Part shown: one piece after another, positions 37,605-48,702 of the stretch | Position numbering within the stretch: the first letter of the stretch is position 1 | Layout of the letters: every line of letters begins with the position of its first letter | Assembly: GCA_036389345.1 (NCBI GenBank) | Contig: DASVQD010000030.1 | Span: 19,118 to 83,117, forward strand | Direction of reading: 5' to 3' | Source: Allosphingosinicella sp. | GTDB lineage: Bacteria; Pseudomonadota; Alphaproteobacteria; Sphingomonadales; Sphingomonadaceae | Length of the DNA: 64,000 nt | Program-made: the position numbers and the translations under genes | Notes under the pieces: model-generated | Told to the model about the DNA's origin: nothing | Databases searched by the model: none | The model's input: only the letters and a program-made list of their open reading frames with translations

Positions 37605-39020
37605 TCATGCCGCGCACTCCCTTGCGACGGTGACGTCGTCGAAGGGGAGGATTTTGTCGCCCACGATCTGGCCCTGCTCGTGGCCCTTGCCGGCGAGGAG
37701 GATTATGTCGCCGGCGCCGGCCTCGGCCACCGCCGCGGCGATCGCCTCCCGGCGGCCGGGCACCTCGCGGGCGCCTCCCGCGCCTTGCATTATCGCCCGC
37801 CGGATCGCCGCCGGGTCCTCGCTCCTGGGGTTGTCGTCGGTGACGATGGCGAGGTCGGAAAGCCGGGCGGCGACCGCGCCCATCTGCGCCCGCTTGCCGA
37901 CGTCGCGGTCGCCGCCGGCGCCGAAGACGATGATCAGCCGGTCGCGGGCGTGAGGCCGAAGCGCTTCGATCGCCGCCTCGATCGCGTCCGGCGTGTGCGC
38001 ATAATCGACATAGACCGGGGCTCCCGAGCGGGTGATCACTGCCCGCTCCAGCCGTCCGCGAACGCCCTGGACCCGGCCGAGGCTCGCCAATGTCCCCGCA
38101 AGATCGCCGCCCGTCGCGAGCACCAGGCCGGCCGCGGTCAGGGCGTTGGCGGCCTGGTAGGCGCCGATCAACGGAAGCTCTATCCTGTGGGCCTTGCCCT
38201 CCGCTTCGACGGTCAGCCGCTGGCCGAGCTGGGTCGGCTCGCGGGCGACGAGCTTCAGGGCCTCGCCGCGACCGCCGACCGTCAGGATCCGAAGCCCGCG
38301 CGCCGCGGCGCGGCGGACCACTTCGTCCGACTTGGGATCGTCGGTCCAGACCACCGCCGATCCGCCCGGCTCGACCACTTCGTCGAACAATCGCATCTTG
38401 GCCTCGAAATAGGCCTCCATCGTCTCGTGATAGTCGAGATGGTCGCGGGTGAAGTTGGTGAAGGCCGCGGCTCGGACGGGCAGCCCTTCGGTCCGGTATT
38501 GCGACAAGCCGTGGCTCGACGCCTCGAAGGCGGCGTGGGTGACTCCCTCGCGCGCGAGCCCGGCCATGTTCGAGAGGAAGGTGACGATGTCGGGCGTGGT
38601 CAGCCCGGTCGTCGTCCGGTCGTCGGCGGTGGTGACTCCCAGGGTCCCGATCGAAGCGGCGTGGCGGCCGGCCATCCGCCACAATTGGCGGGTCAGCTCG
38701 ACGCTCGACGTCTTGCCGTTGGTGCCGGTGACGGCGACCACCGTCTCGGGAAAGGGTTCGAAGAATTTGGCGGCGAGCCGGGCGAACTCCCGCCTCGGCT
38801 CGTCCGCGGCGACATGGGCCGCGCCCTCGACGGCGACGTCCGGGCGGGCCACCACGGCCACCGCCCCGGCGCCGACCGCCTGCCCGATGAAGTCCTCGCC
38901 GTTGAAGACGCTTCCACGGAAGGCGCCGAAGACCGTGCCCGGGGCGACCTTGCGGTGATCGATCGCGAATCCCGTCACACGGGAATCGCCGCCGATTCCC
39001 GCGAGGTCGGCGAGGCGCAT
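37605..39020 (-). CDS. murE: UDP-N-acetylmuramoyl-L-alanyl-D-glutamate--2,6-diaminopimelate ligase MurE
   Basis: VTGTNGKTSSV...DYAHTPDA...GAGGDRDVGKR...DDNPRSEDP. Confidence 0.95.
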   Translation of the reverse strand: MRLADLAGIGGDSRVTGFAIDHRKVAPGTVFGAFRGSVFNGEDFIGQAVGAGAVAVVARPDVAVEGAAHVAADEPRREFARLAAKFFEPFPETVVAVTGTNGKTSSVELTRQLWRMAGRHAASIGTLGVTTADDRTTTGLTTPDIVTFLSNMAGLAREGVTHAAFEASSHGLSQYRTEGLPVRAAAFTNFTRDHLDYHETMEAYFEAKMRLFDEVVEPGGSAVVWTDDPKSDEVVRRAAARGLRILTVGGRGEALKLVAREPTQLGQRLTVEAEGKAHRIELPLIGAYQAANALTAAGLVLATGGDLAGTLASLGRVQGVRGRLERAVITRSGAPVYVDYAHTPDAIEAAIEALRPHARDRLIIVFGAGGDRDVGKRAQMGAVAARLSDLAIVTDDNPRSEDPAAIRRAIMQGAGGAREVPGRREAIAAAVAEAGAGDIILLAGKGHEQGQIVGDKILPFDDVTVARECAA

Positions 39021-39023
39021 CGA

Positions 39024-40727
39024 TCAGTCTTCCTTTTTAACGTATTGGAGAACCTCGGCCATGTCGGCGTCGCGATGCTCGTCCGGCTGGACCCCGAGAA
39101 GGGCGCCGATCCGGCTCACCACCTTCGAGACGACCGGAGCGACGTTCCAGCCGGCGGTGTGGAAGCCGAAGGTCTCGGCGGTCGCCTTGGGGTCGTCGAG
39201 CATCGCGATGACCACATAGCGGGGCTCGTCCATCGGGAAGACGCCGGCGAAGGTGGTGACCACGGCGGCGCCGGTATAGCGGCCGCCGACGATCTTCTCG
39301 GCGGTTCCGGTCTTGCCGCCGACCCGATAGCCCTTCGCGTCCGCCCTTCCGCCGGTCCCGTCGGTGACGACCAGCCGGAGAAGCGCGCGCATCCGGTAGG
39401 AGGTCTCCTCGGTGAACACCCGGCGGCCCTGGGGCATCGGATGGCGGCTGTCATATTTGAGCAGGGTCGCGGGCCTCCAGACACCGCCGTTGAACAAGGT
39501 GGCGTAGCCGGTGGCGAGATGGAGCGGAGTGACCGCGATACCGTGGCCGTAGCCGACCGTCATCGTCGCGACCTCGCCCCAGTTTGCACCCGGGGTCAGG
39601 GTCCGGCCGCGCTCGTTCAGTTCGATCGACACCGGCTCGAGGAAGCCCATCTTGCGGAGGAATTCCTGCTGCCGCGCCGAGCCGACCTGGGCCGCGATCT
39701 GGGCGGTTCCGATGTTGGACGATTCCTTCATGATCTCGGCGACCGAGCAGGCGCGCCCGAACGGATGGGTGTCGGTGATCGTGAAGCCGCCGGCGGCAAG
39801 GCCGCGCGGGCAATTGTACATCTGCCCGAAGCTCTTCACGATGCCGGCATCCATCGCCATCGCGACCGTGAACGGCTTGAAGGTCGATCCGAGCTCGTAG
39901 ACGCCCATCGTCGCCCGGTTGAAACCGGCCTGCTCGGCATTGCGTCCCGGCTTGTTCGGATTGAGCTGCGGAAGCGAGGTCATTGCGATGACCTCGCCGG
40001 TCTTGACGTCGAGGACGATCCCGGCGGCTCCGATCGCGCTGAACTTGGTCATCGCGGCGCTGAGCTCGGCCTCCATCACGCCCTGGACCCGGGCGTCGAT
40101 CGACAGCGCGACGGGAGTCCCGCGAAGTGCGGGATCGCTCAGCCGGTCCTGGAGCACCCGCTCCATCCCGGCGACTCCGTTGCCGTCGAAATCGGTCCAG
40201 CCCAGGATGTGGCCGGCCATCGCTGTCTGCGGATAGAGGCGCTGGGGCTCCCGCCCGAACTCGATCGCCGGCTCGCCGAGCGCGTTCACCGCGGCGACAA
40301 GCTCGGGAACCGCGCGGCGGCTGAGATAGACGAAGCTTTTGCCCGAGGTGAGCAGCGCCTTGTATTCGGCCGCGCTGCGCTCGGGCATCAGCTGGGCGAG
40401 CTTGACCGCGAGCTCGGCCGGGTTGCCGAGCAGCTTGTCGGGATGGATCGCGATCGACCAGGCGTCGATGGTGCGGGCCAGCGGAGTCCCGTTGCGGTCG
40501 ACGATGTCGGCCCGGGGCGGGATCAGCGGGTTGCCGATCTGGCCGGAATTGCCGCGGTCGGTGAACAGCTGCAGGAACAGCAGCCGGCCGGCGATCAGCA
40601 TCGTCACCCCGGCGAAGACCAGCATCATCAGCATGAGCCGCTGATAGGTCAGGCTCAGCCCCTGGGGACGGTGGCCGGCGCCGCCGAAACGCTCGGAGCG
40701 GTCGGAAAGGATCGCAGCGCTGGCCAT
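39024..40727 (-). CDS. ftsI: peptidoglycan D,D-transpeptidase FtsI (PBP3)
   Basis: TM anchor, then the transpeptidase motifs STFK (ELGSTFKPF), SSN (KESSNIG) and KTGT (GGKTGTAEK). ATG at 40727. Confidence 0.93.
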   Translation of the reverse strand: MASAAILSDRSERFGGAGHRPQGLSLTYQRLMLMMLVFAGVTMLIAGRLLFLQLFTDRGNSGQIGNPLIPPRADIVDRNGTPLARTIDAWSIAIHPDKLLGNPAELAVKLAQLMPERSAAEYKALLTSGKSFVYLSRRAVPELVAAVNALGEPAIEFGREPQRLYPQTAMAGHILGWTDFDGNGVAGMERVLQDRLSDPALRGTPVALSIDARVQGVMEAELSAAMTKFSAIGAAGIVLDVKTGEVIAMTSLPQLNPNKPGRNAEQAGFNRATMGVYELGSTFKPFTVAMAMDAGIVKSFGQMYNCPRGLAAGGFTITDTHPFGRACSVAEIMKESSNIGTAQIAAQVGSARQQEFLRKMGFLEPVSIELNERGRTLTPGANWGEVATMTVGYGHGIAVTPLHLATGYATLFNGGVWRPATLLKYDSRHPMPQGRRVFTEETSYRMRALLRLVVTDGTGGRADAKGYRVGGKTGTAEKIVGGRYTGAAVVTTFAGVFPMDEPRYVVIAMLDDPKATAETFGFHTAGWNVAPVVSKVVSRIGALLGVQPDEHRDADMAEVLQYVKKED

Positions 40728-41566
40728 CAGTTGCCGCCGCCTCCCTTGCCCTTGGCGCGAGGCGCGGCGGAAGCTTCGCGGACCGGCTTGGCGGCGGAAG
40801 CGGCGGTTCGAAGGGTCTCCGCCTTGGCGGCCGGCTTCGCGGTCGTCCGCGAGGAAAGCGCCTCGGTCTTCGCCGGCTTGCCGGTCGGCTTCGAGCGGTC
40901 CGGTGCGGACTTGGCCGGAGCGGAGGAAGCCGTCCGCTCGGCACCGGGCTTCGCGGAAGCCGGCTTGGGCTTGGCGGAAGCCTGCTGGACGGGCTTGGGA
41001 GTGGCGGAGGCCTGCTGGACGGGTTTGGGTTTGGCCGAAACCTGCTCGGCGGGCTTGGGCTTGGCTGGCGTTTCGGCGGCCGGCTTCGGCCTCGACTCCG
41101 GCTGGCCGGTCGTGAAGCTCGCCTGGTGGATCATCGGCGCCTGCGCCGCCGGGCGCTCGGCCACCGCCTGGACGGCCGGCGGGGTGACCGGCTTGCCGGG
41201 CCCGGCCGATTTGGAGGCGCCGGTCTCGGCCGAAGCGAGGCGCATCTCGGCGGAACGGTCGGCGACCGTCGGATCGTTGCGATAAAGCCGGGCAAGCGTG
41301 AATTCGTCCTTGAGGAATTGCGCCGAGCTCGGAGCGGCGAGAGCGAGGACTTCCGCGTTCCACTGCTCGAGCTGCCCCATCCGGCCCCGCGTGCCGAGCT
41401 CGGTCTGGAGCGAGCGGATGTCGCGCTTGGCCGCAATGATCTGCCGTTCGACCTTCTCGAGCTCGTTGCGCTCCGTGGCGACCCGGAGCGACACCATGTA
41501 GCAGCTGAGGGCCGCGCCGCCGACCGCGGCGACCCATATGACCGATTTGAAGCCTCGAGCGATCAT
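40727..41566 (-). CDS. ftsL: FtsL-like cell-division protein with a long repetitive Pro/Lys/Ala-rich tail
   Basis: The ATG at 41566 overlaps the rsmH stop (ATGA). A TM segment ([17 protein letters not shown]) is followed by a coiled coil ([26 protein letters not shown]). The position between rsmH and ftsI fits. The tail carries AKPKPxQQAS repeats. Confidence 0.7.
   Translation of the reverse strand: MIARGFKSVIWVAAVGGAALSCYMVSLRVATERNELEKVERQIIAAKRDIRSLQTELGTRGRMGQLEQWNAEVLALAAPSSAQFLKDEFTLARLYRNDPTVADRSAEMRLASAETGASKSAGPGKPVTPPAVQAVAERPAAQAPMIHQASFTTGQPESRPKPAAETPAKPKPAEQVSAKPKPVQQASATPKPVQQASAKPKPASAKPGAERTASSAPAKSAPDRSKPTGKPAKTEALSSRTTAKPAAKAETLRTAASAAKPVREASAAPRAKGKGGGGN
40962..41081. repeat. 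about 4 tandem copies of a 30-bp unit inside the ftsL-like gene
   Basis: ggcttgggcttggcggaagcctgctggacg / ggcttgggagtggcggaggcctgctggacg / ggtttgggtttggccgaaacctgctcggcg / ggcttgggcttggctggcg... Confidence 0.8.
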
Positions 41567-42546
41567 GAGGGCATCCCTTCCCTGCGCGTCCATGGGCAAG
41601 CGGACGTCCGCCGGGCGACCCTCAAGGTCGCCGAGCGGGCCCGCGGATTGGCTTTGATTTCGGAATCGCCTGCCCTGAGCGGCTTGGCGACGGCTTCGAA
41701 GGTAGAGTCGGGCCGGTTGCCGCTTTGCGCGGGCAAATGGCGCGAGCCCGACGGCACGTCGCCGCTGCGCTCCTTGAGGAAGCGCTTCACCATGCGGTCC
41801 TCGAGGCTGTGGAAGGTCACGACCGCGAGGCGTCCGCCGGGCTTCAGGACATGCTCGGCGGCCTCGAGCCCGCCTTCGAGCTCCTGAAGCTCTTCATTGA
41901 GATGGATCCGGATCGCCTGGAACGTGCGGGTCGCCGGGTCCTTCTTCATTCCGGCATGCCAGCCGAGGGCCTTGCGGACGATCTCGGCGAGCTGGCCGGT
42001 CCGCTCGATCGGCCGGGCGGCGACGATGGCCCGGGCGATCCGGCGCGACTTGGGCTCCTCGCCATAGCGGTAGATGACGTCCGCAATCTCATCCTCGGCG
42101 GCGCCGTTGAGGAAGTCGGCGGCGCTCTCGCCGTCGCGGCCCATGCGCATGTCGAGCGGGCCGTCGGACTGGAAGGAGAAGCCCCGCTCGGACCGGTCGA
42201 GCTGCATCGAGGAAACCCCGATATCGAGCGCGACTCCGTCGACGAGGTCGACGTCGCGGGCGGCAAGCGCCTGACGCATCCGGGAAAAACGCTCCGGAAC
42301 AAGCGTCAGGCGCCCCCCGCAAGCAGCCGCCAGGGCCTCGCCTTCTTCTATCGCGTCGGGATCGCGATCGAAGGCGTAGACCCTGGTGGCCCCTTTTTCG
42401 AGAATGGCCCTGGTATATCCGCCGGCGCCGAACGTGCCGTCGACATGGGTTTCGCCGGGGGCGGGGGCGAGCGCGGCGATCACCTCTTCGAGGAGCACCG
42501 GAACGTGCGGCGCGGACACGGCCTGATCGTCCTGGGCGCGGGTCAT
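41563..42546 (-). CDS. rsmH: 16S rRNA (cytosine1402-N4)-methyltransferase RsmH (MraW)
   Basis: HVPVLLEEV...[14 protein letters not shown]...[10 protein letters not shown]...SLEDRMVK. Confidence 0.95.
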   Translation of the reverse strand: MTRAQDDQAVSAPHVPVLLEEVIAALAPAPGETHVDGTFGAGGYTRAILEKGATRVYAFDRDPDAIEEGEALAAACGGRLTLVPERFSRMRQALAARDVDLVDGVALDIGVSSMQLDRSERGFSFQSDGPLDMRMGRDGESAADFLNGAAEDEIADVIYRYGEEPKSRRIARAIVAARPIERTGQLAEIVRKALGWHAGMKKDPATRTFQAIRIHLNEELQELEGGLEAAEHVLKPGGRLAVVTFHSLEDRMVKRFLKERSGDVPSGSRHLPAQSGNRPDSTFEAVAKPLRAGDSEIKANPRARSATLRVARRTSACPWTRREGMPS

Positions 42547-43028
42547 GCGGAGATGCCCTTTTCCTCGAGGCGCCAGGCCGCGATCTCCTTGAGGTCCCGG
42601 TCGCCTTCGACGAGAGCGATACGCGGGTTCCAGATCTCGACGATCCCGCCGACTCCGACGAACAGGGCCAGGTCCTCGATCTTGCCCTTGCGGCGCATCA
42701 TCGGGGGGAGGACGATCCGGCCCGACGGGTCGTAGGGCACATCCTCGGTCATTCCGAACATCCGCCTGGCACGAGCATAATGGTCGTCGAGGGTGCCGCC
42801 GCGATCCTCCTCGGCGAGCCGGCGCCGCTCGAGGTCGGTCCAGAGGTTCTTCGCGTAATTGCGGCCGTAGGCGGTGAGGCAGGGCGCGATCTCGTGGGCG
42901 CCGACGACCACCGCCCGGGAGTCGGAGCGGCGCTCGATGACGGAGCGGACGAAGGCGGGAACGGAGAGACGCCCCTTGGCGTCCACTACGTTGAGCGCGC
43001 TTCCCTGGAAGAAGTCCTCGACCTCCAC
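42543..43028 (-). CDS. mraZ: transcriptional regulator MraZ
   Basis: [23 protein letters not shown] ... [11 protein letters not shown] show the two SpoVT/AbrB-like halves. Probable GTG start at 43028. It is the first gene of the dcw cluster. Confidence 0.85.
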   Translation of the reverse strand: MEVEDFFQGSALNVVDAKGRLSVPAFVRSVIERRSDSRAVVVGAHEIAPCLTAYGRNYAKNLWTDLERRRLAEEDRGGTLDDHYARARRMFGMTEDVPYDPSGRIVLPPMMRRKGKIEDLALFVGVGGIVEIWNPRIALVEGDRDLKEIAAWRLEEKGISA

Positions 43029-43135
43029 CGCCCCTGTTCGCTCCCCTTTACACGGAGCTTCCCCGTTCGCGGAAACACATAAGTGCGCCGCGTGACCAAC
43101 CGGCCAGCCGAGAAGATGCCCCAAAAATCAGAAGG

Positions 43136-43272
43136 CGTGGATAACATCGGAGACCCCCTAAGGAAAGGGGATTTCATGCCTTTTTTGGGGATTTCATGCC
43201 TCTAGAGGGTAATTCGCGGTTTGTTCACAGACTTGTTCAGTTCTTGTTCCCTATCGTTCAACCTGTGGATAA
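43136..43272. promoter_or_regulatory. dcw-cluster upstream control region with direct repeats and DnaA-box-like sites
   Basis: GGGGATTTCATGCC occurs twice, at 43167-43180 and 43187-43200 (20-bp period). TGTGGATAA at 43264-43272 is the reverse complement of TTATCCACA, and CGTGGATAA at 43136-43144 matches 8 of 9. TTGTTC occurs three times in 43219-43250. The region is locally AT-rich. Confidence 0.4.
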
Positions 43273-43280
43273 GTATGTGG

Positions 43281-44168
43281 TTAGCGGGCCCTGCGGCGGC
43301 GGAGCAAGAGTCGGATTCCGATCGCTCCCGCCAGCATCGCCAGCATCGATGCGCCGGCGAGCCGCCAGCTCGTGCCTGCCCGCGCCTGTCGGGGCCGGGG
43401 TCGAGCCAGCTGGGCCAGCTCGTCCAGCCATTCGGCCACGACGACGGCATTGTCAGCCTCGTCGGGGTACCAGAGCGACGCCCGCAGCAGGTCGGCGTCG
43501 GCGACCAGCGTAACCTTGCCGATGCCCACCTGGCAAAAAGCCTTCCAGCCCCCGGGGTCGACGGGGCATTCCGGGTTCGAGCTTCGGAACCGGCCGGGCG
43601 AGTCGAACCGGATCGGCCGATCGTCCCAGCGCGCCTCGACGACGCCGGGGCTGGAGGGCGCTTCCAGGATCAATCCCCAATGCCCGAGCAGAGGCGAAAG
43701 CAATCCGACCGGCGGCGGCCGCCTGATGTCCCCGAGCGGCAGCTCGCTTGGCCATGTCAAGGCCGGATCGGTGAGGATCAGAGCTCGACCGCCGTTGCGG
43801 ATCCACGAGTCGAGCGCCGCCAGCTCGGTCGGAGCGAGGCGCCGCGGCTGAGCGAGGAACAGAAAACGTCCGCGCGCAAGGGTCTCGGAGTCGAGCACGT
43901 CGACCGGCCTGAAGTCGAACTGCCTGCTAAGCTCGACATAGGCTGGCGCGGGCCGTGAATTCGGTTCGAAAGGTCCTTTTTCTCCCCAAACCAGCGGCAG
44001 TCCGGTCATCAGCATGATCTGCGGGCCGGGTCGCGGTGGGGCGGCGGCCGGGAGGAGCGAAGCGGCGAGTAGCAGCGCCAACCCGCATACCGTCCTCACG
44101 ACAGAGAAAGAGCAAAGGTCAGCGGGCCTGAGCCGGCGCCGTCTCGGTCGCATTGTCGTCATCCGCAT
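43281..44168 (-). CDS. hypothetical exported or membrane-anchored protein
   Basis: N-terminal hydrophobic segment VCGLALLLAASLLPAAA and C-terminal TM segment ASMLAMLAGAIGIRLLL. No domain recognised. The start is uncertain (44168, 44153, or GTG at 44099). Confidence 0.55.
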   Translation of the reverse strand: MRMTTMRPRRRRLRPADLCSFSVVRTVCGLALLLAASLLPAAAPPRPGPQIMLMTGLPLVWGEKGPFEPNSRPAPAYVELSRQFDFRPVDVLDSETLARGRFLFLAQPRRLAPTELAALDSWIRNGGRALILTDPALTWPSELPLGDIRRPPPVGLLSPLLGHWGLILEAPSSPGVVEARWDDRPIRFDSPGRFRSSNPECPVDPGGWKAFCQVGIGKVTLVADADLLRASLWYPDEADNAVVVAEWLDELAQLARPRPRQARAGTSWRLAGASMLAMLAGAIGIRLLLRRRRAR

Positions 44169-44379
44169 TGCCGGGCGCCACCCCGAGCTCGGCGAGCGGC
44201 TCCTTGGGCTCGCTCTGGTTCGCGCCCGGAACGGCGACCTGGTTTCCGCCGGAGAGCTGGGTCTCGATCAGATTGGGGGTGATCGGCGCTTCGTTGCTCG
44301 GGCTGGTGAACACCGCTCCGAGCAGCACGAGCAGAAAGACGAAGGCAAGGCCGGTGAGGCCGATTCGGACCCGTTGCAC
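44119..44379 (-). CDS. hypothetical small membrane protein (86 aa)
   Basis: GTG start. One TM segment (IGLTGLAFVFLLVLLGAVF). GC3-rich frame. No domain recognised. Confidence 0.4.
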   Translation of the reverse strand: MQRVRIGLTGLAFVFLLVLLGAVFTSPSNEAPITPNLIETQLSGGNQVAVPGANQSEPKEPLAELGVAPGNADDDNATETAPAQAR

Positions 44380-44520
44380 GCGCTTCCCGATCTCCCAGCC
44401 CCGCGAAATTACGAAAAGCGTAACTTAAGCCGGCGCGCTTGTCGAACCCTGCCGTCGCTCTTGCGAAGCACTCGCAGAAAAGCCCTTGACGTTGCATGCC
44501 GCGCTCGCGAATTGATCGGA

Positions 44521-44901
44521 ATGATGAAAACCCCCCTTCTCCTCGCCGCCCCCCTTTCCCTGATCCTCATCCTCGGAGCCTGCAAAGAGCAGACAATCGA
44601 TCCCAACGCCGAAGCCCAGGCCGAGGCAGCCAACGCGGCCAATGCCGCCGCGTCCGTCGAAGCGCCGCCGATGATCCAGGCCAGCCGCACCTACAGGTGC
44701 AAGGACAACAGCCTGCTCTACGCCGATTTCTACACCAACGACACGGTTCAGGTCCGAGCCAAAAAGGACGAGACCGGGACGACTCTGACCGCGGCGGCCG
44801 CCGGCCAGCCCTACACCGCAGAGGGCTATTCGCTCAGCGCCAATTCGGAGCAGATCACCTACAGCGCTCCGGGCAAGGGCTCGCAGAGCTGCAAGGCGTA
44901 A
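44521..44901 (+). CDS. lipoprotein, tentatively MliC-like
   Basis: MMKTPLLLAAPLSLILILGAC carries a lipobox. Conserved Cys residues (YRCKDN ... SQSCKA) resemble the MliC fold pattern. The family assignment is from memory. Confidence 0.65.
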   Translation: MMKTPLLLAAPLSLILILGACKEQTIDPNAEAQAEAANAANAAASVEAPPMIQASRTYRCKDNSLLYADFYTNDTVQVRAKKDETGTTLTAAAAGQPYTAEGYSLSANSEQITYSAPGKGSQSCKA

Positions 44902-44909
44902 CTGCAAAA

Positions 44910-44935
44910 GGGGACAGTCACTAGTGACTGTCCCC
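44910..44935. terminator. perfect palindrome GGGGACAGTCAC-TA-GTGACTGTCCCC (family B core); probable terminator
   Basis: It starts 9 nt after the stop at 44901 and is preceded by AAAA. No T-run follows on the plus strand. Confidence 0.55.
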
Positions 44936-44961
44936 GTCCGCTCCAGCGTCATTCATCCCCC

Positions 44962-44988
44962 GGGATGCCAGCCTTCGCTGGCATGACG
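44962..44988. repeat. REP-like half element, family A
   Basis: gggatgccagccttcgctggcatgacg. Confidence 0.7.
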
Positions 44989-45015
44989 ACAAGCGCGCCG
45001 CTAACAGGCGCATCC

Positions 45016-47253
<2,238 letters not shown>

Positions 47254-47263
47254 CCCCGACCGC

Positions 47264-47352
47264 CGTCACTCCCGCTAAAGCGGGAGTCCCGCTTTTTCCT
47301 TTTGGCGCGAGGAAGTACAAGAAGCGGGATTCCCGCTTTAGCGGGAATGACG
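47264..47352. repeat. REP-like element, family A variant (CCCGCTAAAGCGGGA arms)
   Basis: cgtcactcccgctaaagcgggagtccc ... gggattcccgctttagcgggaatgacg. Confidence 0.85.
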
Positions 47353-47363
47353 AGGAGGGCCGA

Positions 47364-47819
47364 ATGCTCAGATCTGTTGCCGTCGCCGCCGTGGTGGCAG
47401 GAACGCTCGACATCCTGTCCGCCTTCGTCTTCGCCGGAATGGCCGGCATGAGCCCGCAAGGAGTCCTCACCTACGTCGCCAGCGGGCCCTTCGGCGACTC
47501 CGTCCGGACCGGCGGCCCGCTCTGGGCCGCGGCCGGCCTCGCGGTCCACTTCGCGATCATGGCCTGCATGGCGACCGCCTATTTCCTGGCGGCCCGCCGC
47601 CTCCCGGCTCTGGTTCGGCACCCCGTCGCCGCCGGCCTCGCTTACGGCCTCCTACTCTGGCTGATCATGTACTGGGTGGTGAAGCCGCTGCGCTGGCCGG
47701 CGGCGCCGCTGCCGGGCACCGCCTGGGGGATCGGCAACGCGCTCTTCTCCCACTGCCTGCTGGTCGGGCTGCCGATCGCCTTGATCGCCGCCCGCCATTT
47801 CCGCCGCCGGGCCGAATGA
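47364..47819 (+). CDS. hypothetical integral membrane protein (about 4 TM segments)
   Basis: Four hydrophobic segments. The stop overlaps the next gene's start (ATGA). Confidence 0.65.
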   Translation: MLRSVAVAAVVAGTLDILSAFVFAGMAGMSPQGVLTYVASGPFGDSVRTGGPLWAAAGLAVHFAIMACMATAYFLAARRLPALVRHPVAAGLAYGLLLWLIMYWVVKPLRWPAAPLPGTAWGIGNALFSHCLLVGLPIALIAARHFRRRAE

Positions 47820-48217
47820 CGTCGGGCTATTCCGGCACGCCGCTCGCGCGAAAGCTGTCGCTGAAGGACGGGCAACGGGTCTGGTGGGACTCCATGCCGG
47901 AAAGCGTCCGCTCGGAGATCGAGCGCGAGGGCCTGGCTCTCGACCTCCTTCCAGCTCCCGCGGCCCCGCTCGATTCAGCCCATATCTTCGTTGCCCGATA
48001 TGCGGACATGGAATCGAAGCTGGCGCAATGCCGCCCCCTGCTCGCCCCCGGCGGCTTCATCTGGGTGAGCTGGCCCAAGAAGGCGTCGAAGGTCCCGACC
48101 GACATAACGGAGGACCGGATCCGGGAAGCGATTCTCCCGGCCACCGACCTGGTGGATGTAAAGGTCTGCGCGGTCGATTCGATCTGGTCCGGCCTCAAGC
48201 TGATGGTCCGCCGCTGA
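47816..48217 (+). CDS. DUF3052-like hypothetical protein
   Basis: MTSGYSGTPLARKLSLKDGQRV...GFIWVSWPKK resembles the DUF3052 family. The assignment is from memory. Confidence 0.65.
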   Translation: MTSGYSGTPLARKLSLKDGQRVWWDSMPESVRSEIEREGLALDLLPAPAAPLDSAHIFVARYADMESKLAQCRPLLAPGGFIWVSWPKKASKVPTDITEDRIREAILPATDLVDVKVCAVDSIWSGLKLMVRR

Positions 48218-48220
48218 TCG

Positions 48221-48311
48221 CGTCATCGCCCCAGCGAAGGCTGGGGCCCCAGCGTGTGAGAGGCGCGGCGCTTTTCACCCGCCGGGATTCCAGCCTTCGC
48301 TGGAATGACGG
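48221..48311. repeat. REP-like element, family A
   Basis: cgtcatcgccccagcgaaggctggggcc ... ggattccagccttcgctggaatgacgg. Confidence 0.9.
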
Positions 48312-48348
48312 TATTGCGAACGCTTCGCATTATCGCTACATCGAGGTC

Positions 48349-48519
48349 ATGATCGTTTGCGTCTGTAACGCGATTCGCGAATCCGAAGTCCGCCAGGCGG
48401 CGCTCGATGGCGCTTCCTGTCCGAGCAGCGCTTATGGCCGCTTCGGCCGCAAGCCGCGCTGCGGCCAATGCTTTTCCTTCGCCCGCCAAGTCATCGCGGC
48501 AGCCCAGGCCGCCGGCTGA
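48349..48519 (+). CDS. bfd: bacterioferritin-associated ferredoxin (Bfd-like [2Fe-2S] domain)
   Basis: MIVCVCNAIRESEVR...CGQCF has the C-x-C ... C-x-x-C pattern. A GAGG RBS is present and the gene lies immediately upstream of bfr. Confidence 0.8.
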   Translation: MIVCVCNAIRESEVRQAALDGASCPSSAYGRFGRKPRCGQCFSFARQVIAAAQAAG

Positions 48520-48702
48520 CTCAGCTCGGCCGCTGGGCCTTGCGCATCTTGCTGAACATGACTCGCAATCTCTTCTGGCGAGCAATCGAGGCTCGCCGCG
48601 ACTGACTCGCAAATGCAGCGCATTTTTCGCGGTTTTCCGCCATTTTTAGATGCATTCTCCATCCCGGTCGGCTAATAATCCGGCAGTGAAGGGAGAGCCG
48701 GA

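Noticed and set aside
37569-41285. 1238-aa + strand ORF
   Set aside because: It is antisense to murE, ftsI and the ftsL-like gene. No domain signatures.
48640-48660. Irr ICE-box (TTTAGAA-N3-TTCTAAA) upstream of bfr
   Set aside because: Only TTTAGA...TTCT is present, so the right half is incomplete. I cannot support a call without a matrix scan.
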